In this document: positions 1-14,553 of the stretch, in pieces
Layout: each line of letters starts with the position of its first letter
Position numbering within the stretch: the first letter of the stretch is position 1
Assembly (NCBI GenBank): GCA_964016885.1
Contig: OZ024742.1
Location: 182,404,001 to 182,468,000, forward strand
DNA length: 64,000 bases
Reading direction: 5' to 3'
From: Eledone cirrhosa
Taxonomy: Eukaryota
The notes under the pieces: model-generated
Seen by the model: only the letters and a program-made list of their open reading frames with translations
Databases searched by the model: none
Told to the model about the DNA's origin: nothing
Position numbers and translations under genes: made by a program

Positions 1-381
1 TGATTTTTAACATTGAGACAAGGGCACATCATTTTGGCGGTGTGGGGAAGGATGTATAGTCGACCAAATCGACCTCGGTGTTTGGCAGGTGCATAGTTTA
101 CAGGCTTCTGTGGCATGTGAATGTAGAACATCAAGAAACAACTCAATGCCATAAGGCATTCTTCCCGGTGCTCTTCCAATTACACTATCATACAGGCCTG
201 CCAGTTTCACCATTATATTAACATTAATAAATAGGAGCACTAACATAGTGTGATGCAGAATACCGGCCTATTTGGAAATACCTATACAGGCCTATAGTCT
301 GAATCGTGCGGAATCATTGTAGGTACAATATGTTTATATGTAATAAACATACATAGTTTCGCCGTGAGTATTGTGTTGAGT

Positions 382-683
382 GTGAAGGCGCGTGGCTTAA
401 GGGGTTAAGGCATTCAGCTCACGGTCGCAAGGTCTTGAGTTCGATTCCCAAAGGCCCGTTGTATCCTTGAGCAAGACACTTTATTTCTTGTACCTCCAGA
501 CCACTTAGCAGGCAAAAATGATTTGTACCTGGAATTCGAAGAGCCAACCTTGTCACATTCTTTGTCTCTCTGAATTTCCCTGAGAACTACATTAAGGGTT
601 GCGGGTCTGTTGAATGCTCAGTCACTTGTACGTTAACTTTATCAACTGGAACATGCGTCGTTGTAGTCGACGGAGTTCCAGTT
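382..683 (+). mobile_element. tRNA-derived SINE with CORE-like domain (family A, OR-type-like)
   Basis: Head gaaggcgcgtggcttaa (A box), gagttcgattccc (B box), then tccttgagcaagacactttattt CORE-like motif; body shared with 7275-7565, 9300-9612 and 63093-63345. Confidence 0.8.
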
Positions 684-1129
684 ATTCTAAGCAGTTATTA
701 TAACACAGCTACGTCAGTAACCACGAGAGAAGGCCATCCATCATAAATGACACATGCTCTCTCGTTTATTTATAGATTTGTATATATTAAATATTAGTAA
801 CTAGACATATTATCAATTCTTGTTTGTCTATGTTGAATATATCTACTGTTTCATTTTTATTTGTTTTGTTTTTTGTACACTAAACAATTTATCACACAGC
901 GAATAGGATAGGCATATGGTAAGCTCTGCGCAGCGTATGTTTGACTCCCTGAGGTATATCTCTTACGCCATTAATATTCTGCGATAATGGGATTGCTGTT
1001 AGAAGCTCCCACTCAACTCACTCGAAAATGTAGCCTACTATTGATTTAGATCTTGGATCACGTCTTGCGCATTTTAGACCTGGTGGAGCCCATTCCTATT
1101 TCTTCCAGAAAGAGAAAGAAAGAAAAAGA

Positions 1130-1292
1130 GAAGAATAAGAAGGAGAATTGGCCCCAGTACTAGACTAGTATACCTTTTTATCGACCTCGAAAGAGTGAAA
1201 AAGCAAAGTTGACCCCGGCGAGATTTGAACTCAGCGTAGAGTGCCGGAATAAATGCTGCGAAGCATTCTAACGATTTTACCAATTCGCCTCC
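1130..1292 (-). mobile_element. Degenerate SINE family M copy
   Basis: tttatcgacctcgaaagagtgaaaaagcaaagttgaccccggcgagatttgaactcag matches the family M core seen in younger copies. Confidence 0.7.
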
Positions 1293-1411
1293 TGTTTATC
1301 CTATAGGAGAGATATATATATATACATACACACACATATATATATATATATTTACACACACAAAAATATATATATATATACACACACAAAAATATATATA
1401 TATATACACAC

Positions 1412-1453
<42 letters not shown>

Positions 1454-3280
1454 TTATGTTTATTATAACATACCATTAGTTTAACTCATGTGAACGTTTA
1501 CTAAGAAAATTGATTGTCTTGAATAAACAAAACAAAAAAAATAATGATAATAAATAAAGGAAATATTACCAAGCATAAAGAAAATCAACTTAAAAATATA
1601 AATAAAATATTTTAACTCAACAAAAATGAATTCAGCTAAGAGGATGATAAATTCTTTGTTTAAAAGCAAAGCTTATAAAATTAAACACTAAATACTTAAG
1701 CTCCAGTGATAAAAAAAAATAAATAGCAGTAAAAATAATTTAAAAATATAAATAGCAAGAAGTTGGTCATCCATTAAATATTATTAGCTCTCTACAAATA
1801 CGTTGAATAATATTCCTATGTATATGTGTACCTATATGTATGAGTCTATGTGCGCGCGCGCCCATACGAATCCTATAATCCATTATTTGTCGAACCTTGT
1901 CGAAGATTCTAGGCTTCCTATAGTGAATTTAGAGCAAGTCAACATATATAGTCGTGAATTGTTTCAGTTTAAATAATCAAATCAACAAAATAGTCAGTTA
2001 TATAGTGCAGACATTACTTACATATGTTGGAGCAGTTTTTCATGTTCTTGTTGATATTGTTTAGCCTAAAGACAGCCCCAATACTGCAGACCAGAAGTGT
2101 GCCATCCATAGACATCTCATCGTTAGCATATCCAGAACTAAATTATTTAATGTATCTATTTTTTAAAAAAAAGAGGATAAAACGTGATTTTAAGGAGATT
2201 TGGTAACTATTTCTAGCAGTTCAAGAACTGCCTGAAGGTTTTTTCTTTGCCTCATGCGTGCGACACTTACCACTGAATCCGCTGTATTGTGTCTATTTAC
2301 AAATAAGGGGATTGAGCTAATGCAGTTTCAGTGAATGATATAGGAATTTTCTACTGATTAAGAGATACACCGATACGCTATCTCTCGAAATATCTGGGAA
2401 AAGACCAGTTAGATTGCGGAATTCAAGCGCAGAAGAGGACGCTCATAGAAACACTCATCGGTTATGAAAAAAGAAATTGAAATGTACAGCCCATACTTAT
2501 GCAGGTTTAACTTGCATCTCATAGGTGGGTTCTTGGCTGTTTAAATGATCAGAAAGTTAATTTGTATATTCTAACAGGTACACAACCTTGTACTTTTAGA
2601 TGAGAATAAATAAGATTGTCTTATGTCAGTTTGTGGTGTAAGTGAATTGAACTGCTTTTAGTTGCAAATTGAAATCGTGACTTAACATGAAACTCTATCC
2701 AATCTGTCCTGCTTATCACACGTTAGTTAACTCAACACCAGGAAGGTAATCGTTGTAAGATCCTGTAATTCGATGTCGAGAAATTGTCTGAATAATTGAC
2801 CTAGAGTTACGTTGATCGAATTTTGTCAAGTTTCATTAATCCTACCTTCATTTTGATATATATATATATTAGACAAGAAAATGGACGAAAATTGCTAGAT
2901 TATATATGTTATTGTCTTGTCACCGACAAGACGTTTTGAGTGATACGTTCCAGTGATATATTTAGACAAGATAAGCGACCAAAAGCGGTAGATTATATAG
3001 TCTAATGTGTGTGTTGATACTGTGTCACCGAAAAGGACTTTTGTTTTACTGTTTTCTGGTCACATATATGATCCTTTTCAGAAATATAACAATATCAACA
3101 AAAACAGTAAATAATAGTTATATTCTTTGAGTTATTTTAGTTATTACTAGAACATATAGAATCGTAGTACTTAATTTTTCAAATCTGGTACTTATTTCAT
3201 TTCTCTATTTGTCAAACCTCTAAATTACGGGATATAAACAATAAACTAAACACTGACACACATGTGGATAAACCCCCAGT

Positions 3281-3307
<27 letters not shown>

Positions 3308-3311
<4 letters not shown>

Positions 3312-3819
3312 TTATTAAAATAACATATTAAAGTTTAAGCAAAGAATCGCTGCTTTCACCCTTAATGGGATCAAATAAGGGTTTGGCTGTCTTTTGTGTT
3401 CAATCAGAGATAACATACTTCTCTTCTAAAAATAGCGAGATTAAAAAGCAGAAGTTTACTCTTAGTCTTAAACCAGGCATGGGCAACATTTTTCCAGCAG
3501 TGAGGAGCATAGGATGTGGCTAATGTTAAGATGAGCTTAACTACTAAGAAAACATTCATGGCAATTTTGAAACTAGGCGTGCCATTCAGAAATCCATGCG
3601 GGCCTCAGTTTGCTCACGGCTGTATTAAGCTTCCATGCGCTTTGAGGCACACAAGGCAACAAGTTTCAGAAGATCCCGTTAAGGGTGAAAGCAGCGATTC
3701 TTTGGTTAAACTTTAATTTGTTATTTTAATAAATATTTGCTCTACGGTTCTTATATATTTGATATATATTTATCCTTATCGAGCCCTCTTTGGATTTTAG
3801 TCTTCAAATTTATTATTAT

Positions 3820-3822
<3 letters not shown>
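3308..3822. mobile_element. Penelope-like/fold-back mini-element family P1 with captured insert
   Basis: About 65-bp inverted arms (3308-3372 / 3672-3737), (TA)n on both sides; right part near-identical to 40725-40880. Confidence 0.7.
3475..3622. mobile_element. hAT-type MITE (copy inside the captured duplicate)
   Basis: Termini caggcatgggcaac ... gtttgctcacggctg; imperfect 8-bp flanks tcttaaac/tattaagc. Confidence 0.55.
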
Positions 3823-3859
<37 letters not shown>

Positions 3860-3924
3860 TATATACATACATATATATATACATATATATATATACACAC
3901 ATATATATATGTGTGTGTGTGTGT

Positions 3925-4082
3925 GGTGGGTTTCACACAATTTCTATACTAAATTCCGCTCACAAGTTATTGGTCAACTCGAGGCTATAGTAGACAACAC
4001 TTGTCCAAAATGTTACGTATTGTGACTGAACCCGTAACCACGTGGATGTCAGGGAAACCCCTTAACTACAGAGCCATGCCTC
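3925..4082 (-). mobile_element. Degenerate tRNA/CORE-type SINE (family C)
   Basis: Reverse strand gives ggcatggctctgtagttaag head, ggttcagtcac B-box-like and ttggacaagtgttgtctactatagcctcg; related to 10220-10345 and 39950-40080. Confidence 0.55.
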
Positions 4083-4321
4083 TGCCAACGTTGAATAGAT
4101 AAATAAAGTACAATTTTTAAAATCAAATATAAGTAGACTATATCTCTGACTGTTATTGTTTACGGGTGAGTCACTTAATGAATAAAAGAATTCATGATTC
4201 TAATTAGATTATTAATAAAGTAGATATCTGATGAGATTATTAAAATACAAGGCTATGTTTTTGGTAATGAATAAACATATGGAGCCATAATTAGACCAAC
4301 GTGGGCATTTTTGGTAGCTTG

Positions 4322-4600
4322 AAATAAGGGTTTGGCTCCCTTTTGTGTTCAATCAGAGATAACATACTTCTTCTCTTCTAAAAATAGCGGGATTAAGAAG
4401 CAAAAGTTTACTCTTAGTCTTAAACCAGGCATGGGCAACATTTTTCCAGCAGTGCGGCGATGCTAAGGTGAGCCTAACTACTAAGAAAACATTCAAGGCA
4501 ATTTTGAAACTAGGTGTGTCATTCAGAAAGCCATGCGGCCCTCAGTTTGCCCACGGCTGTATTAAGCTTCTATGCGCTTTGAGGCACACAAGGCAACAAG
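4322..4600 (+). repeat. Source copy of the local duplication at 3373-3663, including a hAT MITE at about 4426-4559
   Basis: Direct alignment from aaataagggtttggct to cacaaggcaacaag, roughly 90% identical with one indel of about 15 bp. Confidence 0.9.
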
Positions 4601-5016
4601 CTTCCTTCTGCTGAATTGATCTGCAGAAGTTCTGTCAGCATATGCCCAACTGATTCATGTGTCGCTGATGTCCTCTTGGAATGTTCACTGTTAGATGTTC
4701 TTTGGCCGATCCCACATCCCCTTTTCATTCTTCGGTATCTATGACATTGCAGTCCTTGCCTGCCCAGTGGTTAGTAGGCACCAAATGTGACCCACTATGG
4801 GAAACCGACGCAAATCTACAGTTTTTGAAATTGTCAAGACTTGCTTTGGAAATGAATTTCTTCAAATAGAAGGTTATTTTATGAATAAATTAATGGGGCA
4901 TGTTGGTGCCTTACTTTTGTTGTGTAGGTAAAATCAGATAATGTTAAAACAGTAAAATATCTATAATTTTATTTTCTTTCAAGTTTCATTCTGCTTAAAC
5001 TTTCTGGTCGTAATAG

Positions 5017-5184
5017 TCCAAGGGGCGGCAAAAAGCTAGATTGTATAACAGTCTTTCAGTTCTGCGGTGGAAAGACCCTCATCGGAGACGCGACATGCGG
5101 CGATGCTTTTCCAGCAGCAATATAGTGAATTCGATGACAAACCTATGTTCCGTTATTCAAGAAGATGAAAGCACAAATTGTTGA
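5017..5184 (+). CDS. Candidate terminal coding exon of an unidentified gene (SKGRQKARLYNSLSVLRWKDPHRRRDMRRCFSSSNIVNSMTNLCSVIQEDESTNC*)
   Basis: 55 open codons with raised GC, starting right after an AG preceded by a T-rich tract and in-frame stops; tail-like composition (RRCFSSSN, LCSVIQE). Confidence 0.42.
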   Translation, partial: SKGRQKARLYNSLSVLRWKDPHRRRDMRRCFSSSNIVNSMTNLCSVIQEDESTNC

Positions 5185-5504
5185 AGGACCATCCGCTATC
5201 TGATAGGTTTATGATTGAATCTGTAAGATGAAAAAGTCTGTCCTCGAACGACCTCCCTATTTACAGTCATCAGGATGGAGTTGGTCATCCGCAAGAATGA
5301 GTTGGTTCGGCTTTTCCAGCATATCTATCTTCTTTAGTATCCTTCGGGATAATACAATTATAATTCTGTCAGCTGGGACTATGAAGCGACATTCATGTAA
5401 GGTTTTTCCCTTCAGAGAGACAGTACAAGTAAATAGACGACAAAGAGAAAGAAGGAACATTTTTTTATTCTATATATTGTAGGTTATTAATATTAGAATG
5501 TATC

Positions 5505-5705
5505 AGGCGGTGGATTGGCAGTATCGGTAGAGGGTCAACGCCATGCTTTGCAGCCCTTTGCTGTCTGAGCTCAAATCCAGCGGAGGTTAACTTTGCCTTT
5601 CATCCTTACGGGGGTCGATAAATAAAGCACCAGCAATGCACTGGAGTCGTTTTAATCGATTTTCCCCTCCCACAAAATTGTTGGCCGTGTGCCTAATGTA
5701 GAAAC
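5505..5705 (+). mobile_element. SINE family M, long form, full length
   Basis: ggcggtggattggcagtatcggtagag head, ttaactttgcctttcatccttacggggtcgataaa core (Meta-domain-like, recalled not searched); 16-bp TSD aatattagaatgtatc at 5489-5504 and 5706-5721. Confidence 0.9.
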
Positions 5706-6308
5706 AATATTAGAATGTATCTAAAACCAGAAACAGAAATTATGTAAGAAATTATGATATGTAAGAGGATAAATACGGGTTTCAAAAATATGGAAATCAA
5801 GACTAATTTTTAAAACAAAAATAGTCATTAACTTAAAATTCAGCAGACAGCCACTTTGTCTGCGGGGCACAGCTGAGATATATCGTCCAGACCAAGGTTG
5901 TAGAGTCTGCTGCTCCTTTCCCTTTCCTTTACATTCATTATTTCTTTATTTTTATTTTTATTGTAAACATGAAATAATTTAATTGAAACTTGTTGAATAA
6001 TATTTTGTTATTTCAATCAAATCAATTTCATTTCTCGACATCAAAGACGACATGAAAGAGATCTTAACTCAAAACCTAGTCTGAGAAAGTAAATAAAATA
6101 TAACATTTAGTCCGGCATATCTAAGTTTTGACCTATCCACCACTTCATTTCTAAAGTTGGCAAAATCAAAAACAAAAAACAAATTAGACGAATAAATTCT
6201 ATGATTTCAAATTAACTAAAAAAAGATCAAATATCCCCCCCCCCCTCTCTCTCTCGTTAAACACACACACACACATTCTCTCCACTACACATATATTCAT
6301 ATATACAT

Positions 6309-6359
<51 letters not shown>

Positions 6360-7088
6360 TATATATATATATATATGCGTGTGTGTGTTTATATCTATGG
6401 AGACTCATACTGTCTCATCAGCTGGTTCAGCTGTTCTTTTGTTGTTTGTTAACAGACAAATTCTTTTTTCTTAATAGAAAATAAATGAGCATAGCAACTT
6501 TCAAATAGCATGCCATGCGTATTTGTAGTCACTGATATTGTGTATGTATGGTTCTGCAACTGTTGAAGGAGTCGAGACACACGGTGTGTATTGGGCATCA
6601 TTTAAACCTGGTGGTGAGGATACCCTCTTCAGCTCTGAACTCAGCTGATTTCTTCTAGAGAAGGAGAGGAAGAAAGAGTGATAGAGAGAGAAGAGAAACA
6701 GATAGAGGAGAAGAATTGATTCCAGTACTCGTCAAGTACTTCTTTTAATGACCTCGAAATGATAAAAGGCAAAGTTGACCTCGGTGTGTTTTGAACTCGT
6801 CGTAGAAAGCCGGAACGAATACTTCAAAGTGTTCTATCCGACGTTCTAAAAACTCTGCCAATTTACCGCATACATGAGTAGTTCTATGTTACTGTAAGTC
6901 AGGATTTAGCACAAACACACACAATAATATATTTTGTGTTTATCTCTAGAAATTCATCTTGATGTAGTAGTTAGTTTCTTTAGATACATTTCTGATATTC
7001 TCCCCTAATTAACATAATGATAAACTGGATACGACTGACAATTTTATATTTACACACACAAACACATACGTACGCACGCACACACACA

Positions 7089-7169
<81 letters not shown>

Positions 7170-7213
7170 GTGTGTGTATATATATATATATATTTATACA
7201 AGGAGTGCTAGTT

Positions 7214-7274
<61 letters not shown>

Positions 7275-7279
<5 letters not shown>

Positions 7280-7562
7280 AACTAGCACTCCTTCGGTTAC
7301 GACGAGTGATCCAATTGATACGATCGACAGAAATAAATTAATGTGCAAGTGATTGAGTATTCCCCGGAAACATGGACCCCTAACGTAGTTCTCAGGAGGA
7401 TTCAGCGTGACACAGAATGTGATAAGGCTGGCCCTTCGAAATACAGGTACAACTCATATTTACTAGCTGAGTCGACCGTGAGTAACGTGATATAAAGTGT
7501 CTAGCTCAAGAATACAACGCACTTACGATCGTAGCCGAATACCAAAACCTCTAAGCCACGCG

Positions 7563-7565
<3 letters not shown>
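7275..7565 (-). mobile_element. CORE-like SINE family A
   Basis: Reverse complement of 382-683 body; head ...taagccacgcgcct. Confidence 0.8.
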
Positions 7566-8335
<770 letters not shown>

Positions 8336-8579
8336 CGCGTCATTTAATTTTATGTAGGCAAAGCAAGAGTGTACAATGATTGAACAGGTAGTTGGTGCTA
8401 TATCTTTATATGTTGATAAGCATGATCCCATAAGCTAGTTAGAAAGTTGTCGATTTAATCGATCTCGCTATTTAATTGGTATTAATTTCAACCATTCCGG
8501 CATTATTAAGTAAACTTCAGTTAGATTTGAACTTAGAACACCTGGCAATACAAGTCATATTTGTTCTAGTACTTTACTG

Positions 8580-8935
8580 ATAATGGTTTCTACTTTAGGC
8601 ACAAGGCCAGCAATTACCCAGTGCATTACTGGTACTTTATTTTATCGACCCCGTAAGGATGAAAGGCAATGTCAACCTCGGTGGGATTTGAACTCAGATC
8701 GTAAAGGGACATAACTATGCTGGAAAGCATGGTGTCCGACCCTCTAGCGATACTGCCAATCCACCATCCAAACCAATGGTTTCTTATTTAGGCACAATGC
8801 CAACAATTTCGCCGGGACGGGAAAGTCAATTTAATTGACCCAGTGTTTTACTAGTACCTTATCTTATCGATCCCGTAAGGATGAAAGGCAGAGCTAACCT
8901 CGGCGGGATCTTAACTCAGGACGTACATGGCCGGA
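8580..8935 (-). mobile_element. Two tandem SINE family M copies (short form then long form)
   Basis: Two successive gtttct...ggcacaa...tatcga-cccgtaaggatgaaaggca...aacctcgg blocks. Confidence 0.9.
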
Positions 8936-9299
8936 AAGGTGCTTTACTGGTAATGTCATCCACCGTCCTTCAAAGTCCACCGAACGTTTTTCACTAACCA
9001 CTTTGAAATAAAATGTAAATTTAAACCATTGTGAATGGAATAGGAATCTGGTGTCGCTGTTGCTGCTATATACTGTTATACTGTTGTTTGTTATGAAATC
9101 AAACAACTTACATAACGATTGATTATCGATTTTTTCATACTATGTTAAAATACAAATTTGCAGTTTCATACATTCTATTGTAAATTATGACAATATACAT
9201 ATGATATATATGGGAATTAAAAGCTCACATATGTGTGTGAGTTAACATATTGCTATTGCTTTGTAGTATCACCAGCCGTGTTACAAGGATAATAACAGA

Positions 9300-9612
9300 C
9301 CTCCTTCAGTTCTAACGATGAGCATTCTAGTTGTTTAATCGGCAGAACAGCCTGTTCACGAAATTGTCTAGCAAGTAACTGAGCATTCCACAGCCACTGA
9401 GCGCTTAATGTAATTATCAGGGAAATTCAGCGTGATAGAGTGTGAGATAGGGCCGATCCTTTGAATTACAAATACAACATTTTTTTCTTCCAGCTAAGTG
9501 GATTGAAGTAACATGAAATATAATGTCTTTCTCAGGACACTACTTGCCACTGGGAACTGATCTCACGATGTTATGATGGTTAATTGAATACTTTAACCAC
9601 TAAGACACGCAA
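9300..9612 (-). mobile_element. CORE-like SINE family A, diverged
   Basis: Aligns with 7275-7565 (attcagcgtga, cagctaagtgga, ttaaccactaagacacgc). Confidence 0.7.
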
Positions 9613-9694
9613 TGCCACTACTCGAGTAATTGTATATAACTAGTACACGGTGTGAAGAGGTCAAACTTACTTACCTACCCACGTCCAAACACAA

Positions 9695-9875
9695 ATAATT
9701 GTTTCTGCTTTTGGCACAAAGCTAGCAATTACCTCCGTGCATTACTGGTACTTTATTTTATCGACCCCATAAAGATGAAAGGCAAAGTTAACCTCGACGG
9801 GATTTGAACTCAGACTGTAAAGGGATGTAACTATGCTGGAAAGCATGGCGTCCGACCCTCTACCGATACTGCCAA
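9695..9875 (-). mobile_element. SINE family M, short form
   Basis: Near-consensus match. Confidence 0.9.
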
Positions 9876-10644
9876 TAATTTGACATGTTTAGTTACCAGA
9901 GCGGCTACGTCGTTGTTATCATTAGGATCAAAGTTGAGTTGTGTTCTAAGCAGTGAATGTTATATATGTCTATCTTAAATAATTCTATGCACGTTTACCT
10001 TAAATAATACTAAAGATATTATCGTAAATGTATAAAATTCTACCGGATTTAAATCAGAGGTGTTCAAGTTGTTAGATTTACTGAACGACCTACTTATGAA
10101 ATTAGTACACATATGGCTGAGCATGTCACATATACATGTACCATTAACGCTGATCTCAGGAAGATTCAGTTTGACAAAGGATGGACATTCAAATTGCTGA
10201 TATTACCATTCATTTGATGGGATTCTAAACAGTTTCCATCCCCAATTTCCCTCACAAAGCATGGTTCGACCCAAGAGACTTGTCAAAGATTCCACGCAGC
10301 GACCTCGAACTCAATAATACGTAATTGAGAAGCAAGTATATTAATCAATATGTCGTAGTATAGTTAACATTTTATGTTTGCTATGTTTAACAGGGTATAC
10401 CAGATTAAATATTATATATTTAGTAGACTAAACAATATATGTTGTTTAATGTAGGATATTTTCTTTAACAAAGCAGATTATGTTAATATGTCATACACTA
10501 TATTCAATATTAAATGCGTCCGTTTATGTAATTAATATTCTAATGAGTTTGTAAAAATATAGAATTTGTTTAATAAAACGACTTGTAAGTTTAGCCACGG
10601 TACTCAATGCTCCACTTGTAAAATAACACTGAAAGATTAGATAG

Positions 10645-10845
10645 TAATAATTGTTTCTGATTTAGATACAAGGGCAACAATTTTGAGGGAGAGGAAAGTC
10701 GATTAAATCGATCCCAATGCGTTACTGGTGCTTTATGTTACCGACCTCATAAGGATGAAATGGCAAAGCTATCCTCGGTGGGATTTGAAATCAGAATACA
10801 AAGGGCCATAACTCTATGCCGCGAAGCATAATGTCTAATGCTCTA
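10645..10845 (-). mobile_element. SINE family M, long form, diverged
   Basis: gtcgattaaatcgatccc, aaggatgaaatggcaaagct, ggatttgaa blocks. Confidence 0.8.
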
Positions 10846-12527
10846 CAGATGTATCCTCTGCTCTAGATTAGATTGTAATAATAGACGCGATGTTTGTACT
10901 CAATACTCCAGCCGCATCTGTATACAAGTGAATGGCGAATGAAGATGAGTAAAACGTACACTTTGATATAATATTTGGATTTTAGATCGTGCAATGTCAC
11001 GCAGGTTCACTGACAGAGATTTCTTAATGAAAAACACATCATATTTCGTATCACTTTCAGAAATTCCAAACATTTTTTCTCACTTTACATTTGATACAAT
11101 CAGTAAAAGCATTTAATTTTACAGAATAACTTGACGCTAAGAAAGGCTAAGTGTTATGAATATTTCGTTGTGTCGTTCTGGCATCATCGGCAGGCTATGC
11201 TTCTTGTGCTTATTAATGTATATAAATATAGAAATATTTATAAATTCCCAGTAGACTACCGGAATTTAGTTCACTAACCAATATGACAACATATACTTTC
11301 CTAAGGGGGTCAAACGGCGCACTTTTCGAAACTATTTATAGTATTCTCTCAACGTTTCTCTTCATAACATATAAGTTATTTTCTTAAACAGAATGTAATA
11401 CCGTTTATGACAGGATTCAATCTTTACATCTTTCTACATTTACTATGTAATTGATACACTGGGTTCATCATATGGAATTGAAGGTTAAATTATTTGTACA
11501 ATAACAGACAAAGTCAGTCACTTTGAATGCTTCCAAGTGACACTAAATCTTTGTCTCGTTGGCATGGTGCCTTATAGTAACGGTATGTTTACGCTGGCAT
11601 CAAGTCTGCAATATTCAGATTTACATTATGTACAACTGATTTGCCCCTGCCTTTAAAACCGATGGATATTTTAATAATACTTTTTAGACATAAAACATTT
11701 GGCATAAAATTTGATCTAAAATAGTGAGTTGAAAGATATATTGTATTTTGATGGCATCATATGAGTTATTTATTAAGAACATACACAATACTGTATTCCT
11801 TTTTGTAGTTAGTTAATAGCTACATTTTACTACTTATATCTTCTAGCTTGTCACTGTACTCTTCCCCCTTTCTTTTTCTCACTGTCTCTCTCTTGTTTCC
11901 CTCTCATTCTTCATTTTCTCTTCTCTGTCTCTATACTTCCTACTATTCATAATAATCCTATTGGAAGAACATTTCTTCATATTCCCTTTTGTATAATAAA
12001 ATATAGAAAAAATGGATATGAAATGTGTATCTTTATATTCATGGGTAAAGGTTTCAATACAGAAAAATATACGCAGTGTTTCCTACACATCACTAAGTAA
12101 GGTTTGCTCCGTACATCAACTTACTGCACACTACCACCTGGTCTTTCGGTGTTTTTAGTAGAGTTCACTCTGTTATATATAGACAAGATACCACATAGCG
12201 TGGTTATTCACATCATAGTTTTACAAAAGGCACTGACTTCAGGCTAGGCATTTGCGGCATCTATTAAGGCAGGGAAGGTTGCACAAATATATTTCATGGG
12301 CTATATCACTCCTCCATTTTACTAATTAATAGAAAAGAGCGAGTTAAAACCTCTTCAATTAGTGACATGGTTTCGATTCTGTTCAGTTAAGACGCTTTAG
12401 AGCCCTTAGGAAATAGATGAACCTTACAGACAGCATATCTTTAGTGATTGAAGGGGATAAATCTAGTCATTTATTTTAGCATGGAAAATTAATAGACAAT
12501 TATTCCATGTTTGAATGTTGTGACCGT

Positions 12528-12690
12528 ACTTGTTGCTGTTGCTGTTATTTTTCTGTGTTTTTTTATTGTTTTTTTTTGTTGGTGCTGTTGCTGTTCTTGT
12601 TACTCTTGTTGATGTTGCTGCAGCTGCTATTTTTTCTGTTGTTGCTACTTTTGCTATTGTAGCTGCTTTTGCTATTATTGCTTCCGTTGA
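12528..12690. repeat. Degenerate (GTT/GCT)n trinucleotide tract
   Basis: Visible directly. Confidence 0.8.
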
Positions 12691-13272
12691 TTGATTTATG
12701 AACATTCCAGCGTAATTTCAGTGTGGCATTTTCTAATCTACCTTTTTTTAGAGTATGATCTGAGGGCGATTTTTATGCTATTCTTTGCATACCGAAAGAT
12801 CACATAAATCCCACTACCACGTGTTTGAATGTATATATTTATTTAAGCTATTCTATAAAATACAATATATTTAATAGTCATAGAATGCGTTAGTTTGTTT
12901 TAAATGCGAAAGAATCTGATGAAATGCTATCACAAAATATACATTAGTGTTTCTTTCACAAAGTGAGTCATGGCGATATTTAAGGTGGAGCATGGCGAGT
13001 ATATAATATACTGTATACAAACTTTGCCTGATCATGGCTGGGCACACATTTTCGGGGGTGAAAATTGAAGTGGCCTATGGGGCGAAAATGGCTGAGAAAC
13101 ATTGATATACATGTATGCTTTTCGAAACGATTATATATCAATATGGCAACTAGATAAGCCGGAATTCCGTTTGATGTCTTCCCGTATGTTACTTCCAATA
13201 ATATAATACCACCGGTTTCTGAAATACATCATCTGCCGTGACATAACATGCATTACTATTCTTCCTCTAATG

Positions 13273-14108
<836 letters not shown>

Positions 14109-14509
14109 ATAATGTGACACAACAAACAAATTGTAACACGCCACGCAATGTGACATAGTATTTATTACGATTATTCTTCTAATGTGAAACTACAAAGGTT
14201 TTTTGTATAACATGCCATCCATTGTGACATGGCAGTCTCTATTATGCTCCCGTCAATATGATACAACAAATATCGTGAGAAAAGCTATCAAGTCCTTCCT
14301 TACTCAAGTGTAATTTGATAGAGCTTTCTAAGAATCTCAATTAATTTCCCCTAATCGCTCGAACAGACAAGAGAGTAATTTAAAACGTATAGTATCAGTT
14401 AAAAAGTCATTATCTGAGACTGTATGAGACATTTCAATACAGATTTTACTCAGAGACAGAACGGCGTTATTATACATACATATACATGTGTATATAAATA
14501 TATATATAC

Positions 14510-14553
<44 letters not shown>

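Noticed and set aside
382-460. tRNA-like heads as functional tRNA genes
   Set aside because: No intact cloverleaf; they continue into SINE bodies
2860-3045. Diverged tandem duplication of about 95 bp
   Set aside because: Ordinary old local duplication with no further structure
4600-4870. ORF 4681-4869 and its antisense frame
   Set aside because: No recognisable motif or splice signals; the antisense frame has stops
12463-12705. Ala/Thr/Asn-rich ORF
   Set aside because: Translation of a degenerate trinucleotide repeat
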